Shown: positions 29,801 through 39,484, counted from the whole stretch's first letter. The stretch: 62,102 bases of DNA, filler included, from Deltaproteobacteria bacterium (GCA_030698575.1; 10 parts of 10 records of this genome joined end to end with filler, not necessarily neighbours in it); one strand, 5' to 3'. The notes: generated from the sequence alone by a model not told the origin. A program made the numbers and translations.

Positions 29801-30046
29801 ATGCAGGCCCGCGACACGTCGGCCCACTGGTCGCTCAAGCGGAGGAGCGACGAGGTCGACGAGGAGTTCGGAGAATTCGAAGAGGACAAGGAGCTCGACG
29901 AAGACTTCGATGACGAGCTGGACGAGGACGAGCTCGACGACGAGGATCTCGAGGACGACGACTACGACGATCTCGACGACGAGTTCGACGAGGGGGATGA
30001 CGACGAGTTCCGGCCGAAGAAGGGGCCGAAGCGCGAGTGGGAGTGA
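29801..30046 (+). CDS. Small, extremely acidic protein
   Basis: GGAGGTGG RBS; 81 aa with a long D/E tract punctuated by L/F and a basic tail RPKKGPKREWE. Confidence 0.6.
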   Translation: MQARDTSAHWSLKRRSDEVDEEFGEFEEDKELDEDFDDELDEDELDDEDLEDDDYDDLDDEFDEGDDDEFRPKKGPKREWE

Positions 30047-30053
30047 AGACGGC

Positions 30054-30117
<64 letters not shown>

Positions 30118-30127
<10 letters not shown>

Positions 30128-30264
30128 TTGCAGCGAACTGCGAGCCCCGCTTGGTGTTACGGCACTGGGCGGGGTTCCTGCTTTGGTGGAATTGGAGCCG
30201 TGGTGTCGATTCGTGGTGTCGATTCGGCTAGATCCGAGTGAATCCCGTCAGCCGCTTCCGGCTC
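30118..30264 (+). repeat. att region plus integrase 3' end, copy 1 of a 147-bp direct repeat
   Basis: Aligns without gaps to 32849-32995 (14 mismatches by hand count); contains a tandem 13-mer CGTGGTGTCGATT x2 (30199-30224) resembling arm-type sites. Confidence 0.88.
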
Positions 30265-31394
30265 GCCAGCGCCTCGCGCATGGTCCCCTCGTCGGCCCGC
30301 TGGTAGCACTTGAGCACGGTCTGCGGCTCCTTCCACCCGCCCAGGTAGCACAGGTCCTTCAGCGGCGTGTGCTTCAACTCCGTCGCGAACTTCCGGCGGA
30401 GACTATGCCACCCGAGACCCTTCACACGTGGTACGCCGGCCGACGCTTCCGCCCGCTGCCACCAATCGCGCACCAGATGCCGCGAGCAGGGCTCGGCGGG
30501 GTTCCCCGGGGAGGGGAAGACCCATGCATCGCCGATGGATTGCTGCTCCTGGCGTGCGCGCTCGAGCGCGTCCAGCGCCGCCTCGGTGACGACCGTCTCG
30601 TGTTCAAAACCGATCTTGTCGTTCTCGGCACGCCACCGAATCTTCCCGTGCTCGAAGTCCATGTCCGACCACCGCAGCCTTCGAATCGACCCGATCCGAT
30701 GGCCGGTTTCATGGGCCAGGATGAGCGCCAGCTTGAACAGCGGGCTGACGTGCCCGCCGATCGCGAGCATGGCTCGATACTGCTCGTCGGTGACGATGGG
30801 CCGACTGGGGTTTGACTCCTTCGGGAAGGGAAACCCTTTCAGGGGGTTCCGCTCGAGCAGGTATCTGCCCGTCCCGTCCCCTGCCATCGTCGCCCAATTG
30901 AGCACGGCGTGCAGGAATTTCAGGTTCTGAGTGATCACGCGGTCCCCGACCGGCTTTCCGTGGACGCGACCTGCACGTCCGTCGCTTCCCGCCCGTCGCC
31001 GCCGCATGAAGGCATCCCAGTCGCGGCGGTTGAGCGTCGCCACCTGGCGGTCCGGTCCGAACAATTCGAGGAACAAGTTCGCCGCGCGGCGATCGTGGCT
31101 CTGGCTGCTCACACTCTTCTGCGGGGTCACCTCACGCAGGTAGTTGTCAAAGAGCGTTTGCAGCTGTAGCGCGGCGCCGAGCGGCGGCTCCTGCCGCCGC
31201 AGCGCCATGGCCACTTCCTCGGCCTTCGCCTTCGCGGCTTCGCGGTCGCGGTGCTGCAGGGCGATCCGCTTGCGCCTGCCGTCTTCATACAGCTCGAGGA
31301 AGATGCGACCGGTTTGCGGGTGCTCGAACGCGCGCACCCGGTTCCGGCCGCGCTCGCCGGTGGAGAAACTCCACCGCGTGGTTACGTGGGTCAT
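30228..31394 (-). CDS. Tyrosine recombinase/integrase
   Basis: TGHRIGSI (R), ENDKIG (K), WHSLRR (HxxR), LGGW, KCYQ (Y); faces the tRNA 3' end. Confidence 0.93.
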   Translation of the reverse strand: MTHVTTRWSFSTGERGRNRVRAFEHPQTGRIFLELYEDGRRKRIALQHRDREAAKAKAEEVAMALRRQEPPLGAALQLQTLFDNYLREVTPQKSVSSQSHDRRAANLFLELFGPDRQVATLNRRDWDAFMRRRRAGSDGRAGRVHGKPVGDRVITQNLKFLHAVLNWATMAGDGTGRYLLERNPLKGFPFPKESNPSRPIVTDEQYRAMLAIGGHVSPLFKLALILAHETGHRIGSIRRLRWSDMDFEHGKIRWRAENDKIGFEHETVVTEAALDALERARQEQQSIGDAWVFPSPGNPAEPCSRHLVRDWWQRAEASAGVPRVKGLGWHSLRRKFATELKHTPLKDLCYLGGWKEPQTVLKCYQRADEGTMREALASRKRLTGFTRI

Positions 31395-31783
31395 CGTGGA
31401 TCTCCTGGTTTGGAGGTCACGACAGCCCGCGCGATCTGCCCGGGTGTTGCACCTACAAGCTTGACGGTTGTTCCCGACCGCCGCAACCCGGTTGCCTTCC
31501 GCGGAAGGTCCGCGCGGCGAATCTTCGGGGCGCTCGGGCGGCCCACATTGGCAATTATTCCGCTTCGCACCAGGCGCCCCAGGTGTCCCGCCGAGTAGCC
31601 CGATTCTCGGGCCGCCTCGGTGAGTGTGAGGGCGTCATGCTCCTGGGACCGGAAGAGCGCCTCGGCGTCGGCCAGCACTTCGTCCAGCAGCTTGGCCGGA
31701 TCGACCAAGGCGCCGAGCCGTTTCAGTCGCTCGCATTCGGCTCGCCAGCGGGACAGGAACTCTTGCCGGGTCTCGACGGTCAC
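31391..31783 (-). CDS. HTH protein, excisionase-like
   Basis: LTLTEAARESGYSAGHLGRLVRSGIIAN...PKIRRADL; ATGA overlap with the integrase. Confidence 0.75.
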   Translation of the reverse strand: MTVETRQEFLSRWRAECERLKRLGALVDPAKLLDEVLADAEALFRSQEHDALTLTEAARESGYSAGHLGRLVRSGIIANVGRPSAPKIRRADLPRKATGLRRSGTTVKLVGATPGQIARAVVTSKPGDPR

Positions 31784-31867
31784 TCTCGCTTGTGCCTTCC
31801 AACCCGCCCCAAAGCACGAAGCCGCGCGAATCGCGCGGCTGGAACTGCGGGGCCGTATCGCAGGGCC

Positions 31868-32218
31868 CTAAAGGCCGTGCTGCATATAGGTCGCGTAGTC
31901 GAAGTCATCGTGGTCTTCTTCGGGCCAGTGGAGCGCCAGCGCGTTGAGGGCCCCGATCGCCTGGTCGATCACGTGCGCATCGACCGCGGCATCCTCGAAC
32001 ACCTGCACGAGCTCGTCCCGGCTCCGGAGCAGGCGGAGCTGCAGCCACCGCGCGTGTTCCGGGAGATCCAGCGCCTGCCCGTGCTCCTTCGGGAGCATCA
32101 GTTGCCGAGCCGCTTCGGCCAGGGTGATGTCGGCCCGGGCCGCCCGGCGGCGGATGGCACGAGCCACGTCGAGCGGGAGACGGAGGAGCTCAGAAGAGCC
32201 GAGCCGGGGTTTGCGCAT
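31868..32218 (-). CDS. Putative ribbon-helix-helix-like regulator
   Basis: SSELLRLPLDVARAIRRRAARADITLAEAARQLM has a beta-helix-helix pattern; preceded by a sigma70-like promoter. Confidence 0.5.
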   Translation of the reverse strand: MRKPRLGSSELLRLPLDVARAIRRRAARADITLAEAARQLMLPKEHGQALDLPEHARWLQLRLLRSRDELVQVFEDAAVDAHVIDQAIGALNALALHWPEEDHDDFDYATYMQHGL

Positions 32219-32224
32219 GGAAGG

Positions 32225-32254
32225 ATGTTAACATTTAGCTACTCCAAAAGTCAA
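32225..32254 (-). promoter_or_regulatory. Sigma70-like promoter, probably giving a leaderless transcript
   Basis: TTGACT-N18-TAACAT with extended TG; the -10 box ends 6 nt before ATG 32218; palindrome ATGTTAACAT overlaps the -10. Confidence 0.55.
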
Positions 32255-32324
32255 GCTACAATATGACAAATTGTTCCCATTGAGGGGGCAGACTGGTCCC
32301 TGGCTGTGGCACTGGAGAGTGCTT

Positions 32325-32827
32325 CTCCACCGGCCTCTCCACCGGGCTCTGCACCTAGATCTCCACCGAGATCTCCACCAGGGTTTCCGACCCGGGGTTA
32401 AGAGAGTGATGCGGTTCTCTACCGCGTGCGAGCGACCACCAGCGCAACTTGGGTGGAGCGTCCTGGTTCGATCCTGTCTGCGTTCCCACCTGCGTTCCTA
32501 CGTGGTGTCCCATTCGCGCGTCTCGCCTGGGAAACCAACCTGAAACCCACGCTGAACGCCGTACTGCAGGCCGTACTGAGCGGCGTACTGAACGCCTTTG
32601 AACGCCGTACCCGCCGTTCGGGGCGTCGTTCGGCGGATCGTTCGGGCACCCGTTCGGCTACCTGTTCGGCGCCCCGTTCGGCAAAAAGCCCCGGTAGACG
32701 TTCCGGTGGACGTCCCGGTACACGTCCCGGTGAGGTGGGAAACACCGGAGGAAAGTGCAAAGGAAACAACGTAGGAAACGGATTGGAACCGCCGGAGGAA
32801 CCGGTGGAGGAACCCGCGGAGGAATCG
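32325..32827. repeat. Array of seven different 12-bp-period tandem repeat blocks
   Basis: CTCCACC-N5 x5; CTGCGTTCC-N3 x2-3; CTGAACGCCGTA-like x5; CGTTCGG-N5 x6; CCCGGTNNACGT-like x4; GGAAA-N7 x4; GAACCNNNGGAG x3-4. Confidence 0.85.
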
Positions 32828-32848
32828 CCTACCCCCGGCCGGCCTCCT

Positions 32849-32995
32849 CCCGGGCCCATTGTTTGGAAGAGCGAGCCTCGCTTGGTGCTACGGCACTGGG
32901 CGGGGTTCCTGTTCTGTTGGAGTTGGAGCCGTGGTGTCGATTCGTGGTGTCGATTCGGCTAGATCCGAGTGAATCCCGTCAGCCGTTTCCGGCTC
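32849..32995 (+). repeat. att region plus 3' end of a second, related integrase (copy 2)
   Basis: About 90% identical to 30118-30264, including the integrase stop codon and C-terminal RKRLTGFTRI; the contig ends here. Confidence 0.88.
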
Positions 32996-33095
32996 NNNNN
33001 NNNNNNNNNNNNNNNNNNNNNNNNNNNNNNNNNNNNNNNTTAATTAATTAANNNNNNNNNNNNNNNNNNNNNNNNNNNNNNNNNNNNNNNNNNNN

Positions 33096-34410
33096 CGGTC
33101 ACGCTCCGGCGGAAGTCGAGGTCGTTCGCGACGGCCTCAATGCGGTCGTACATCGTGAGGAGATTGCCGGCGATCGTGATCTCCTCGACAGGATAGGCCA
33201 GCTCGCCGTTCTCGATCCAGAAGCCGGCCACCCCGCGCGAATAGTCGCCCGTCACCGGGTTCACGCCGAAGCCGATCAGCTCGGTGACGTAAAGCCCCGC
33301 CTTGACCGACCGGATCAGATCCTCCGGAGTTTCGGTTCCGGGCTCGAGGAAGAGGTTGTGCGAACCGACGCTCGGCGAGCTCGAGATGCCCCGCTGCGCG
33401 TTTCCGGTCGAGCGGAGGCCGAGCTTGCGGGCGCTGTAGGTGTCCATCAGCCAGGTCCGGAGCACGCCTTTGTCGACGACGACGTTGCGCCGCACGGGCA
33501 GCCCCTCCGCGTCGAAGGGGCTCGAGCCGAGCGCGCCCGGAAGAGTGCCGTCGTCGACGACCGTCAGGCGTTCGGGGCCGATCTTCTTACCCACCTTGTC
33601 GATGAGGAAGCTGACGCCCTTGTACACGCTCGTTCCCGAGACGGCCTCTCCCAGGTGATCGATGAGCGAAGAGGCGGTGTCGGCGTCGAATATCACGGGA
33701 AGCTTTGCGGTTCGGATCTTCCGCGCCCCCAGGCGGCGGAGCGCCCGCTCGCCGGCAATGCGTCCGAGCTTCTCGGAATCCTCGAGCCGGGAGACCTTTC
33801 GCGCTGCCGTGAAGTTGTCGGCGCGTTGCATGGCGCCGTTCTCCTCGGCAATCGGCGCCACGTAAAGGAAGAACTCGGTGCCCGCGACCTCGCCCACGAA
33901 GCCGTGGGAGTTGGCGAGCACCCTGCGCGACTCGCGCCCCTCCCAGTCGGCGGCGTCCATGTTCGTGACGCGGGGATCCACGGCCCGTGCCGCACCTTCG
34001 GCCCGGCGGGCGCGCTCGATCTGATCCTCGACCGAGAGCGATGCGCCTTCGGGATCGTGCAGATCGAGATCCGGCAGCGCTCCGTGGGCAAGCTCGGCGG
34101 GGTCGGGAAGGGATGCGTGGGGATCCTCGGCGGTCACGCGCGCCAGCGAGCAGGTGTCCTCGACGAGCTGATCCAGCGAGGCCTTCGAGAAGTCGCTGGT
34201 GCTCGTGTTCGCGGAGCGGTGCCCGAAGAACACCCGCAGGCCCAGCGCCCGCTCGCTCGCGGTCTTCAGCTTGTCGACCGAGCCCAGGTAGATGGACGCG
34301 CTCAGCGCCCGCTCCACCACCGCCATGACGTCGGCGGCGGTGGCGCCCCGCTTGCCCGCCGCCTCGATCACCCGGGTGGCGGCTTCTTGAAGATCGAGTT
34401 CGCTCTTCAT
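33096..34410 (-). CDS. pmbA: TldE/PmbA family protein (3' end truncated)
   Basis: SSPFDAEG, STGNA, GVNPVTGDYSRG, YPVEEITIAGNL; directly downstream of tldD. Confidence 0.93.
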
Positions 34411-35867
34411 CACTGGGTGCCTCCCACGGTAATGCCGTCGATGCGTATCGTGGGCAGGCCCACGCCCACCGGCACGCTCTGGCCGTCCTTGCCGCAGGTG
34501 CCGACCCCCTCGTCGAGCCCGAGATCGTTCCCCACGCGCGATACCCGCGTGAGCACGTCGGGGCCGTTGCCGATGAGAGTCGCGTCCTTCACCGGGCGAG
34601 TCACCTTGCCGTCTTCGATGAGATAAGCCTCGCTCGCGCTGAAGACGAACTTCCCGTTCGTGATGTCCACCTGGCCGCCGCCGAAGTTCACGGCGTAAAG
34701 CCCGCGCTTGACGCTCCGGATGATGTCGGCCGGGTCGTCCTCCCCGGCGAGCATGAAGGTGTTGGTCATGCGCGGCATGGGAATGTGCGCGTAGCTTTCG
34801 CGGCGGCCGTTGCCGGTGGGCTCCATTCCCATGAGCCGGGCGTTGAGCTTGTCCTGCATGAAGTTGCGGAGGATTCCCTTCTCGATGAGCACCGATCGCT
34901 GGGTGGGCGTGCCCTCGTCGTCGACATTGAGCGAGCCGCGCCGATCGGCGATGGTGCCGTCGTCGACGACCGTGCAGATGTCGCTTGCCACCCGCTGGCC
35001 CAGCTTGCCGGCGAAGGCGCTGGTCTTTTTCCGATTGAAGTCCCCCTCGAGACCGTGGCCGATGGCCTCGTGGAGCAGAATGCCCGGCCAGCCCGGCCCC
35101 AGCACGACGTCCATCAGACCGGCCGGCGCATCGACGGCGTCGAGGCCGAGGATCGCCTGCCGCGCTGCCTCGCGCACGAAGTGCTCCCAGCGCGGCCGAC
35201 CGTCACGATCGGCGCCGAGCCACTCGAAACCGAGGCGCCCGCCGCCCCCGTACACCCCGTAGCGCCGCTTCTCTCCGTCCTCCGCGATGCAGACCACGTT
35301 GAGGCGCAGAAGCGGCTGCACATCGGCCACGTAGGTTCCGTCGGAGCCGACCATCATGACGAGCTTCTGCTCGCTTCCCACTGTCGCGATGACGTTCTTG
35401 ATCCGCGGGTCGCAGGCCCGCGCCAGCTTGTCGATGCGATCGAGCAGTTCGACCTTCTCGGTAACCGGGACGTCGGTGGCGGGCTTTGGCACCTGATAGA
35501 GATTCCGGGCCGGAGCGTTGGGCGTGCCGACGGAAACGGCCGCGCTCTCGGAGGCGCCCTCGGCGATCGCGCGCGCGGTCTTCGCGGCAATCTGGAGGTT
35601 CTGCACCGTGATTTCGTCGGAGAAGCCGTACCCTGTCTTCTCGCCCGCCTGCGCGCGCACACCCGCTCCCTGATTGATGGCGCGGGTGGCTTTCTTCACC
35701 AGCCCTTCCTCGAGCTGGATCGATTCGTTCACCCGGTACTCGAAGTACACGTCGGCATAGTCGATGGAGCGCCCCAGCGCGCCGCCGAGGCCTTTCTGGA
35801 GGGCTCCGTCGTCGAGTCCGAACTTGTCGAAGAAGAACTTTTCCGGCCTGGCGGGCGAATCTGCCAT
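34410..35867 (-). CDS. tldD: Metalloprotease TldD
   Basis: GPGWPGILLHEAIGHGLEGDFNRK, TGNGRRESY, PRMTNT, GTCGKDGQSVPVGVG. Confidence 0.96.
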   Translation of the reverse strand: MADSPARPEKFFFDKFGLDDGALQKGLGGALGRSIDYADVYFEYRVNESIQLEEGLVKKATRAINQGAGVRAQAGEKTGYGFSDEITVQNLQIAAKTARAIAEGASESAAVSVGTPNAPARNLYQVPKPATDVPVTEKVELLDRIDKLARACDPRIKNVIATVGSEQKLVMMVGSDGTYVADVQPLLRLNVVCIAEDGEKRRYGVYGGGGRLGFEWLGADRDGRPRWEHFVREAARQAILGLDAVDAPAGLMDVVLGPGWPGILLHEAIGHGLEGDFNRKKTSAFAGKLGQRVASDICTVVDDGTIADRRGSLNVDDEGTPTQRSVLIEKGILRNFMQDKLNARLMGMEPTGNGRRESYAHIPMPRMTNTFMLAGEDDPADIIRSVKRGLYAVNFGGGQVDITNGKFVFSASEAYLIEDGKVTRPVKDATLIGNGPDVLTRVSRVGNDLGLDEGVGTCGKDGQSVPVGVGLPTIRIDGITVGGTQ

Positions 35868-35896
35868 TCAAAAATCCTTTCTGTTCCCGTGACCCA

Positions 35897-36901
35897 TCAG
35901 TTCGCGAGGTCGCTCATGTACTTCTCGAGCAGCTTCTGCTCCATGCCTGCCGGATAGCTCACGATCGGGTTCGTCACACCGGCTGCGCGGAAGACGTCAA
36001 GCTTGGCTTTCACGACCTCCATCGGGCCGACGGCCGATGTCGCCTCGACCAGTTTATCGTCGACGGCCATGTTCGCCTCGTCGCGCTTTCCCTCGTCGTA
36101 AAGCTGCTTCACGCGATTCACCTCTGCACCGTAGCCGGCGCGCGTGAGCATCTGCGAGTAGAACTTCCCCATGCCTCCGATGTAGAAGCCCATCGGCTGC
36201 TTGGCGATCACCTTGGCCATCTCGACGTCGTCCATGGCAATGGTCGTGATGTAGGGGGCCACGTCCACCTCTTTCGGATCACGGCCTGAGCGCGCGACGC
36301 CGGCCTCGATCCACTCGATCCCCTCCTTGTACATCTGGATCGGCCAGAAGGTGGGGATCCACCCATCGGCGATCTCGCCCACCATCTCGACGCTCTTCCT
36401 TGCCAGGCTCGCGATGTAAATGGGGACGTTCTTCCGGACGGGCGTGAAGGCGAGTTTGAAGTGCCGCATGTCCTTGTAGATCTCCCCCTTGTGACTTGTC
36501 AGCCGTTCGCCCGCGAGGAGAAGGCGGACGATCTCCACGTACTCGCGGAGCCGGGTGAGCGGCTTCGAGAAGGGGATGCCGTGGAACCCCTCGATGACGT
36601 TCTGCCCGCTGGTGCCGAGACCGAGGACGAACCGCCCTTCGCCTATCTCGTCCAGGGTCGCCGTCGTCATCGCCACGAGGGCGGGGCTCCGGCTGAAGCA
36701 GTTCATGATCCCCGTGCCGACCTTGATGCGCTTGGTGTTGAGCAGGATCTCCGTGATGATCGGCACCAGATCGTAGGACCAGGCCTCGGGGATCCAGAGC
36801 GTATCGATGCCTGAATCATCGGCAACCCGGGCGGCGCGGACCATCTCCTTGCGGTCGACCCCCATCCAGAAAATCACCATCGATGTCTTCCTGTCCGCCA
36901 T
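35897..36901 (-). CDS. LLM-class flavin-dependent (possibly F420) oxidoreductase
   Basis: LWIPEAWSYD, IKVGTGI, RSPALVAMTTATLD, GRFVLGLGTSG, GEIADGW; GAGGAGG RBS. Confidence 0.9.
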   Translation of the reverse strand: MADRKTSMVIFWMGVDRKEMVRAARVADDSGIDTLWIPEAWSYDLVPIITEILLNTKRIKVGTGIMNCFSRSPALVAMTTATLDEIGEGRFVLGLGTSGQNVIEGFHGIPFSKPLTRLREYVEIVRLLLAGERLTSHKGEIYKDMRHFKLAFTPVRKNVPIYIASLARKSVEMVGEIADGWIPTFWPIQMYKEGIEWIEAGVARSGRDPKEVDVAPYITTIAMDDVEMAKVIAKQPMGFYIGGMGKFYSQMLTRAGYGAEVNRVKQLYDEGKRDEANMAVDDKLVEATSAVGPMEVVKAKLDVFRAAGVTNPIVSYPAGMEQKLLEKYMSDLAN

Positions 36902-37254
36902 GAAATCCTCCTCAGAATCTCGAAAATTGCTGTCGCGCCTCTCCAAGGCCCGGGCAGTATACCCACCCGCGTCTCGGTGCGAAAGCATGCGAGCAACCCG
37001 GAGGGTGCCCCGTCGCTTCCGCGCTGTGCCCCGGCATCCCGTCGCTTCCGTGCTCGGCGGGCCCTGTCCCCGCGCGGCGCGACGGCGGCGCACCCCCTCG
37101 CGCGCCAGCGAAGGTCGCGCGGGTGACGTCTGGAAGCGGACCCCTGCACGGCGACTGGTCGCTGGCGCGCTTCGGGCGCCGCCTTTCACGCCAAGCGCGC
37201 GGGGACTTCCACCTGCGCGCGGAAGCGACGGGATGCCGTGACGTTACGCAGCCG

Positions 37255-37300
37255 GGGGATTGCTTCGTCGGGCCTGCGGCCCTCCTCGCAATGACATGCG
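37255..37300. repeat. REP/RPE-like element half copy
   Basis: GATTGCTTCGTCGGGCCTGCGGCCCTCCTCGCAATGACATGCG. Confidence 0.8.
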
Positions 37301-37321
37301 GCGCGCCGAGCGCGCCGCATG

Positions 37322-37855
37322 TCAGTCGCCGAGCCAGTAGCGGGCGAATTCCTGAAGATGGGTCAGAGTGCGGAAATCGTGCATGCGATCGAGGTAAACC
37401 TTGCCGTCGAGGTGATCCACCTCGTGCTGAATGACCCGCGCGAAGAAATGCTCTGCCTGGAGAGAGATCGGATTCCCTTCACGATCGAGCGCGCGCAGAT
37501 CGAGCGCCGCGTGCCGGGGCGTCTTGCCGCGAAGCCCCGGAACGGAGAGGCATCCTTCCCAGTCCTCCTCCATCTCGCTCCCGACGGGCGTGATTTCGGG
37601 GTTGATGATGACGAGGAGCGGAACCTCGGGGGCGTCGGGGTACCGCGGGTTTTCGCCGACCTCGATGGTTGCCACGCGCCAGGGCACGTGCACCTGGGGG
37701 GCGGCGAGGCCCACGCCGTCGTACTCCCGCATCGTCTCGATCATGTCGTCGATGAACCGCTGGAAATCGGGCGTGCAGATCTGCTTCTCGGGAACACTCT
37801 GGGAGGGTTCACGGAGGACGGGATGCCCCAGCTGCGACACCTTGAGGATGGCCAT
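37322..37855 (-). CDS. def: Peptide deformylase (second copy)
   Basis: GVGLAAPQ, EGCLS, QHEVDHLDG. Confidence 0.95.
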   Translation of the reverse strand: MAILKVSQLGHPVLREPSQSVPEKQICTPDFQRFIDDMIETMREYDGVGLAAPQVHVPWRVATIEVGENPRYPDAPEVPLLVIINPEITPVGSEMEEDWEGCLSVPGLRGKTPRHAALDLRALDREGNPISLQAEHFFARVIQHEVDHLDGKVYLDRMHDFRTLTHLQEFARYWLGD

Positions 37856-37871
37856 CGAAAGGTGTTCCCCT

Positions 37872-38453
37872 TCAGGGCTGAGGTGGGGCGAGCTGGATGT
37901 CGACGCCCGATTGTCCGGCCTCCGCGGGGTTGGCGCCGAACGCGCCGACGAGATCACCCGCCTCTCGCGTGCTCGCGTTTCCGTCGGTGTCGAGTCGAAC
38001 GGTTACATTGACACGTCCCTGGAGGGGCTGTCCGGGCGCCATCGAGTCGGCGGCCGTGAGCGCGTACGTGAGCGGAAATTCGGGTGCGGCGATTCGTTTT
38101 ACGGCGACGGGTGGCCCGCCGGGGCCTCCCGCCGGCCGGGCGATGATGAAGAGGACGGCGCCCGGCTGCGCCTTCGCATCGGGCGCGAGCCCGATCACGC
38201 CGCGGATGGAAGCACCGGGATCTTCGGTGGTTTGCGGAGCGCGGGCCAGCGGCTGGGGCTTGGCCACCGGCGCATTCGCGCGTGGCGCCCACGCGGGGGC
38301 CTCCGGGCCGTCTCCCGGAAGGTACTCGGAGACGTCGCGCCGGGAAGCCGGCTCATCCGGGGCGGGCTCGGTGCGTTGCTCCGTGCAGGCGGGGAGCGCA
38401 ATCAGGACGAGCAGCACCGGAACGAGCAGGAAGCGGAAGTCGGGGGCGGTCAT
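37872..38453 (-). CDS. Lipoprotein with a CcmI/CycH C-terminal-like domain
   Basis: Lipobox LPAC; VLFIIAR...GPPVAVKRI...FPLTYALTAADSM...VRLDTDGNA...GDLVG. Confidence 0.7.
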   Translation of the reverse strand: MTAPDFRFLLVPVLLVLIALPACTEQRTEPAPDEPASRRDVSEYLPGDGPEAPAWAPRANAPVAKPQPLARAPQTTEDPGASIRGVIGLAPDAKAQPGAVLFIIARPAGGPGGPPVAVKRIAAPEFPLTYALTAADSMAPGQPLQGRVNVTVRLDTDGNASTREAGDLVGAFGANPAEAGQSGVDIQLAPPQP

Positions 38454-38472
38454 ATTGATTACTCCTGTCGCG

Positions 38473-38643
38473 TCAGACGGGGTTCACCCTCTTGATCTCG
38501 CCGGGCAGCAGCACATCCTTCACGGCGAACTTCAGCCGCTTGCGGTTCAGCAGTCTGTGAGCCTTCAGGCAGAAGGGGGAGATCGATTCGAGCGTGTCAG
38601 TCCCGGGGAACTGGTAGAGGACGACTTCCGGGGTTTTGGCCAT
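38473..38643 (-). pseudogene. Truncated GST N-terminal (FAX/metaxin-like) fragment
   Basis: GGAGG RBS; VVLYQFPG...SISPFCLK...VNPV then a stop where GST continues NPxGKLP; 56 aa. Confidence 0.55.
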
Positions 38644-38710
38644 GAATACCTCCGCGGGCACGGGAAGGCGGCTACCATAGCACCGGGGCCGTAAAATGGG
38701 GAGGCGCCTC

Positions 38711-38748
38711 GGGGGGATTGCTTCGTCGCTTCGCTCCTCGCAATGACA
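38711..38748. repeat. REP/RPE-like element half copy
   Basis: GGGATTGCTTCGTCGCTTCGCTCCTCGCAATGACA. Confidence 0.8.
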
Positions 38749-38851
38749 GTGGCGGTCGGCACTTGACCCCCCCTTCGAGCCCCGCTTATCATGGCGCAGC
38801 TTTTTCTCCGGGCGCCGCACTGCCCGCCTAACTCCATCCAACGGAGCGATC

Positions 38852-39484
38852 ATGGCTCACGACACGGCCTCGAAAACCGGGCGCGCCGCCGACGCGCGGC
38901 GTCCCGGCGCTGAGGAAATTTTCGGACCGGCGATGACGCGGCGGGGATTCCTCAAGGGAACAGCGGGTGGAACGCTCGTACTGGGCGCAGCGAGCCTGCT
39001 ACCGGCGGGATGCGCTGACTATCCGGCCGCACCGCCGGATCTGAAGGTCTTCAACGCCAAGGAGTACGCGATCATCAACGCCGCCGCCCCGGCTTACCTC
39101 GGTGTCGACCCTGCCACCGAGGGGGTTGACGTTGCGAAGTTCTTCGACGGTCTCGCCGAGAACTTTCCGCCTCAAATCCTCGATCTGATCAAGCAGGGCC
39201 TGGCCGTATTCGAGCACGCGACGCTGCTCTTCTGCTTCTCGCTGAAGAGCTTCACGCAGATGGACCTTGAGGCGCGAACCTCCTACGCGGAGAGCTGGGC
39301 GACCAGCGGCCTCGGCTTCCGGCGCGCGCTCAACATAGCCGTCCGGAGCATTTGCCTGGCGGGGTACTACCTGCAGCCGGCCACCTGGAAGGAAATTCAC
39401 TACGACGGGCCGTGGCTCGGCAGGGTCGAGGTTCCGCAAGTCGTACAGAGGTTCCCGCTCGACGAAGGGAGTGTGAAGACATGA
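38852..39484 (+). CDS. Tat-signal protein, gluconate 2-dehydrogenase subunit 3-like partner of a GMC oxidoreductase
   Basis: MTRRGFLK twin-arginine motif; C-terminal YYLQPATWKEIHYDGPW; ATGA overlap with the GMC gene. Confidence 0.75.
   Translation: MAHDTASKTGRAADARRPGAEEIFGPAMTRRGFLKGTAGGTLVLGAASLLPAGCADYPAAPPDLKVFNAKEYAIINAAAPAYLGVDPATEGVDVAKFFDGLAENFPPQILDLIKQGLAVFEHATLLFCFSLKSFTQMDLEARTSYAESWATSGLGFRRALNIAVRSICLAGYYLQPATWKEIHYDGPWLGRVEVPQVVQRFPLDEGSVKT

Noticed and set aside
32325-32827. CRISPR array
   Set aside because: Units are 12 bp with no constant 23-47-bp repeat and no unique spacers; no cas genes in the window.
32419-32962. Tetrapeptide-repeat ORFs on both strands across the 12-bp array
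   Set aside because: No RBS, they start in or cross the att core, and the conservation pattern is not codon-like. Treated as by-products of the DNA repeats, though coding is not formally excluded.
33096-35867. TldD/PmbA as part of a RiPP cluster
   Set aside because: Canonical housekeeping pair with no precursor peptide or YcaO/radical SAM gene nearby.
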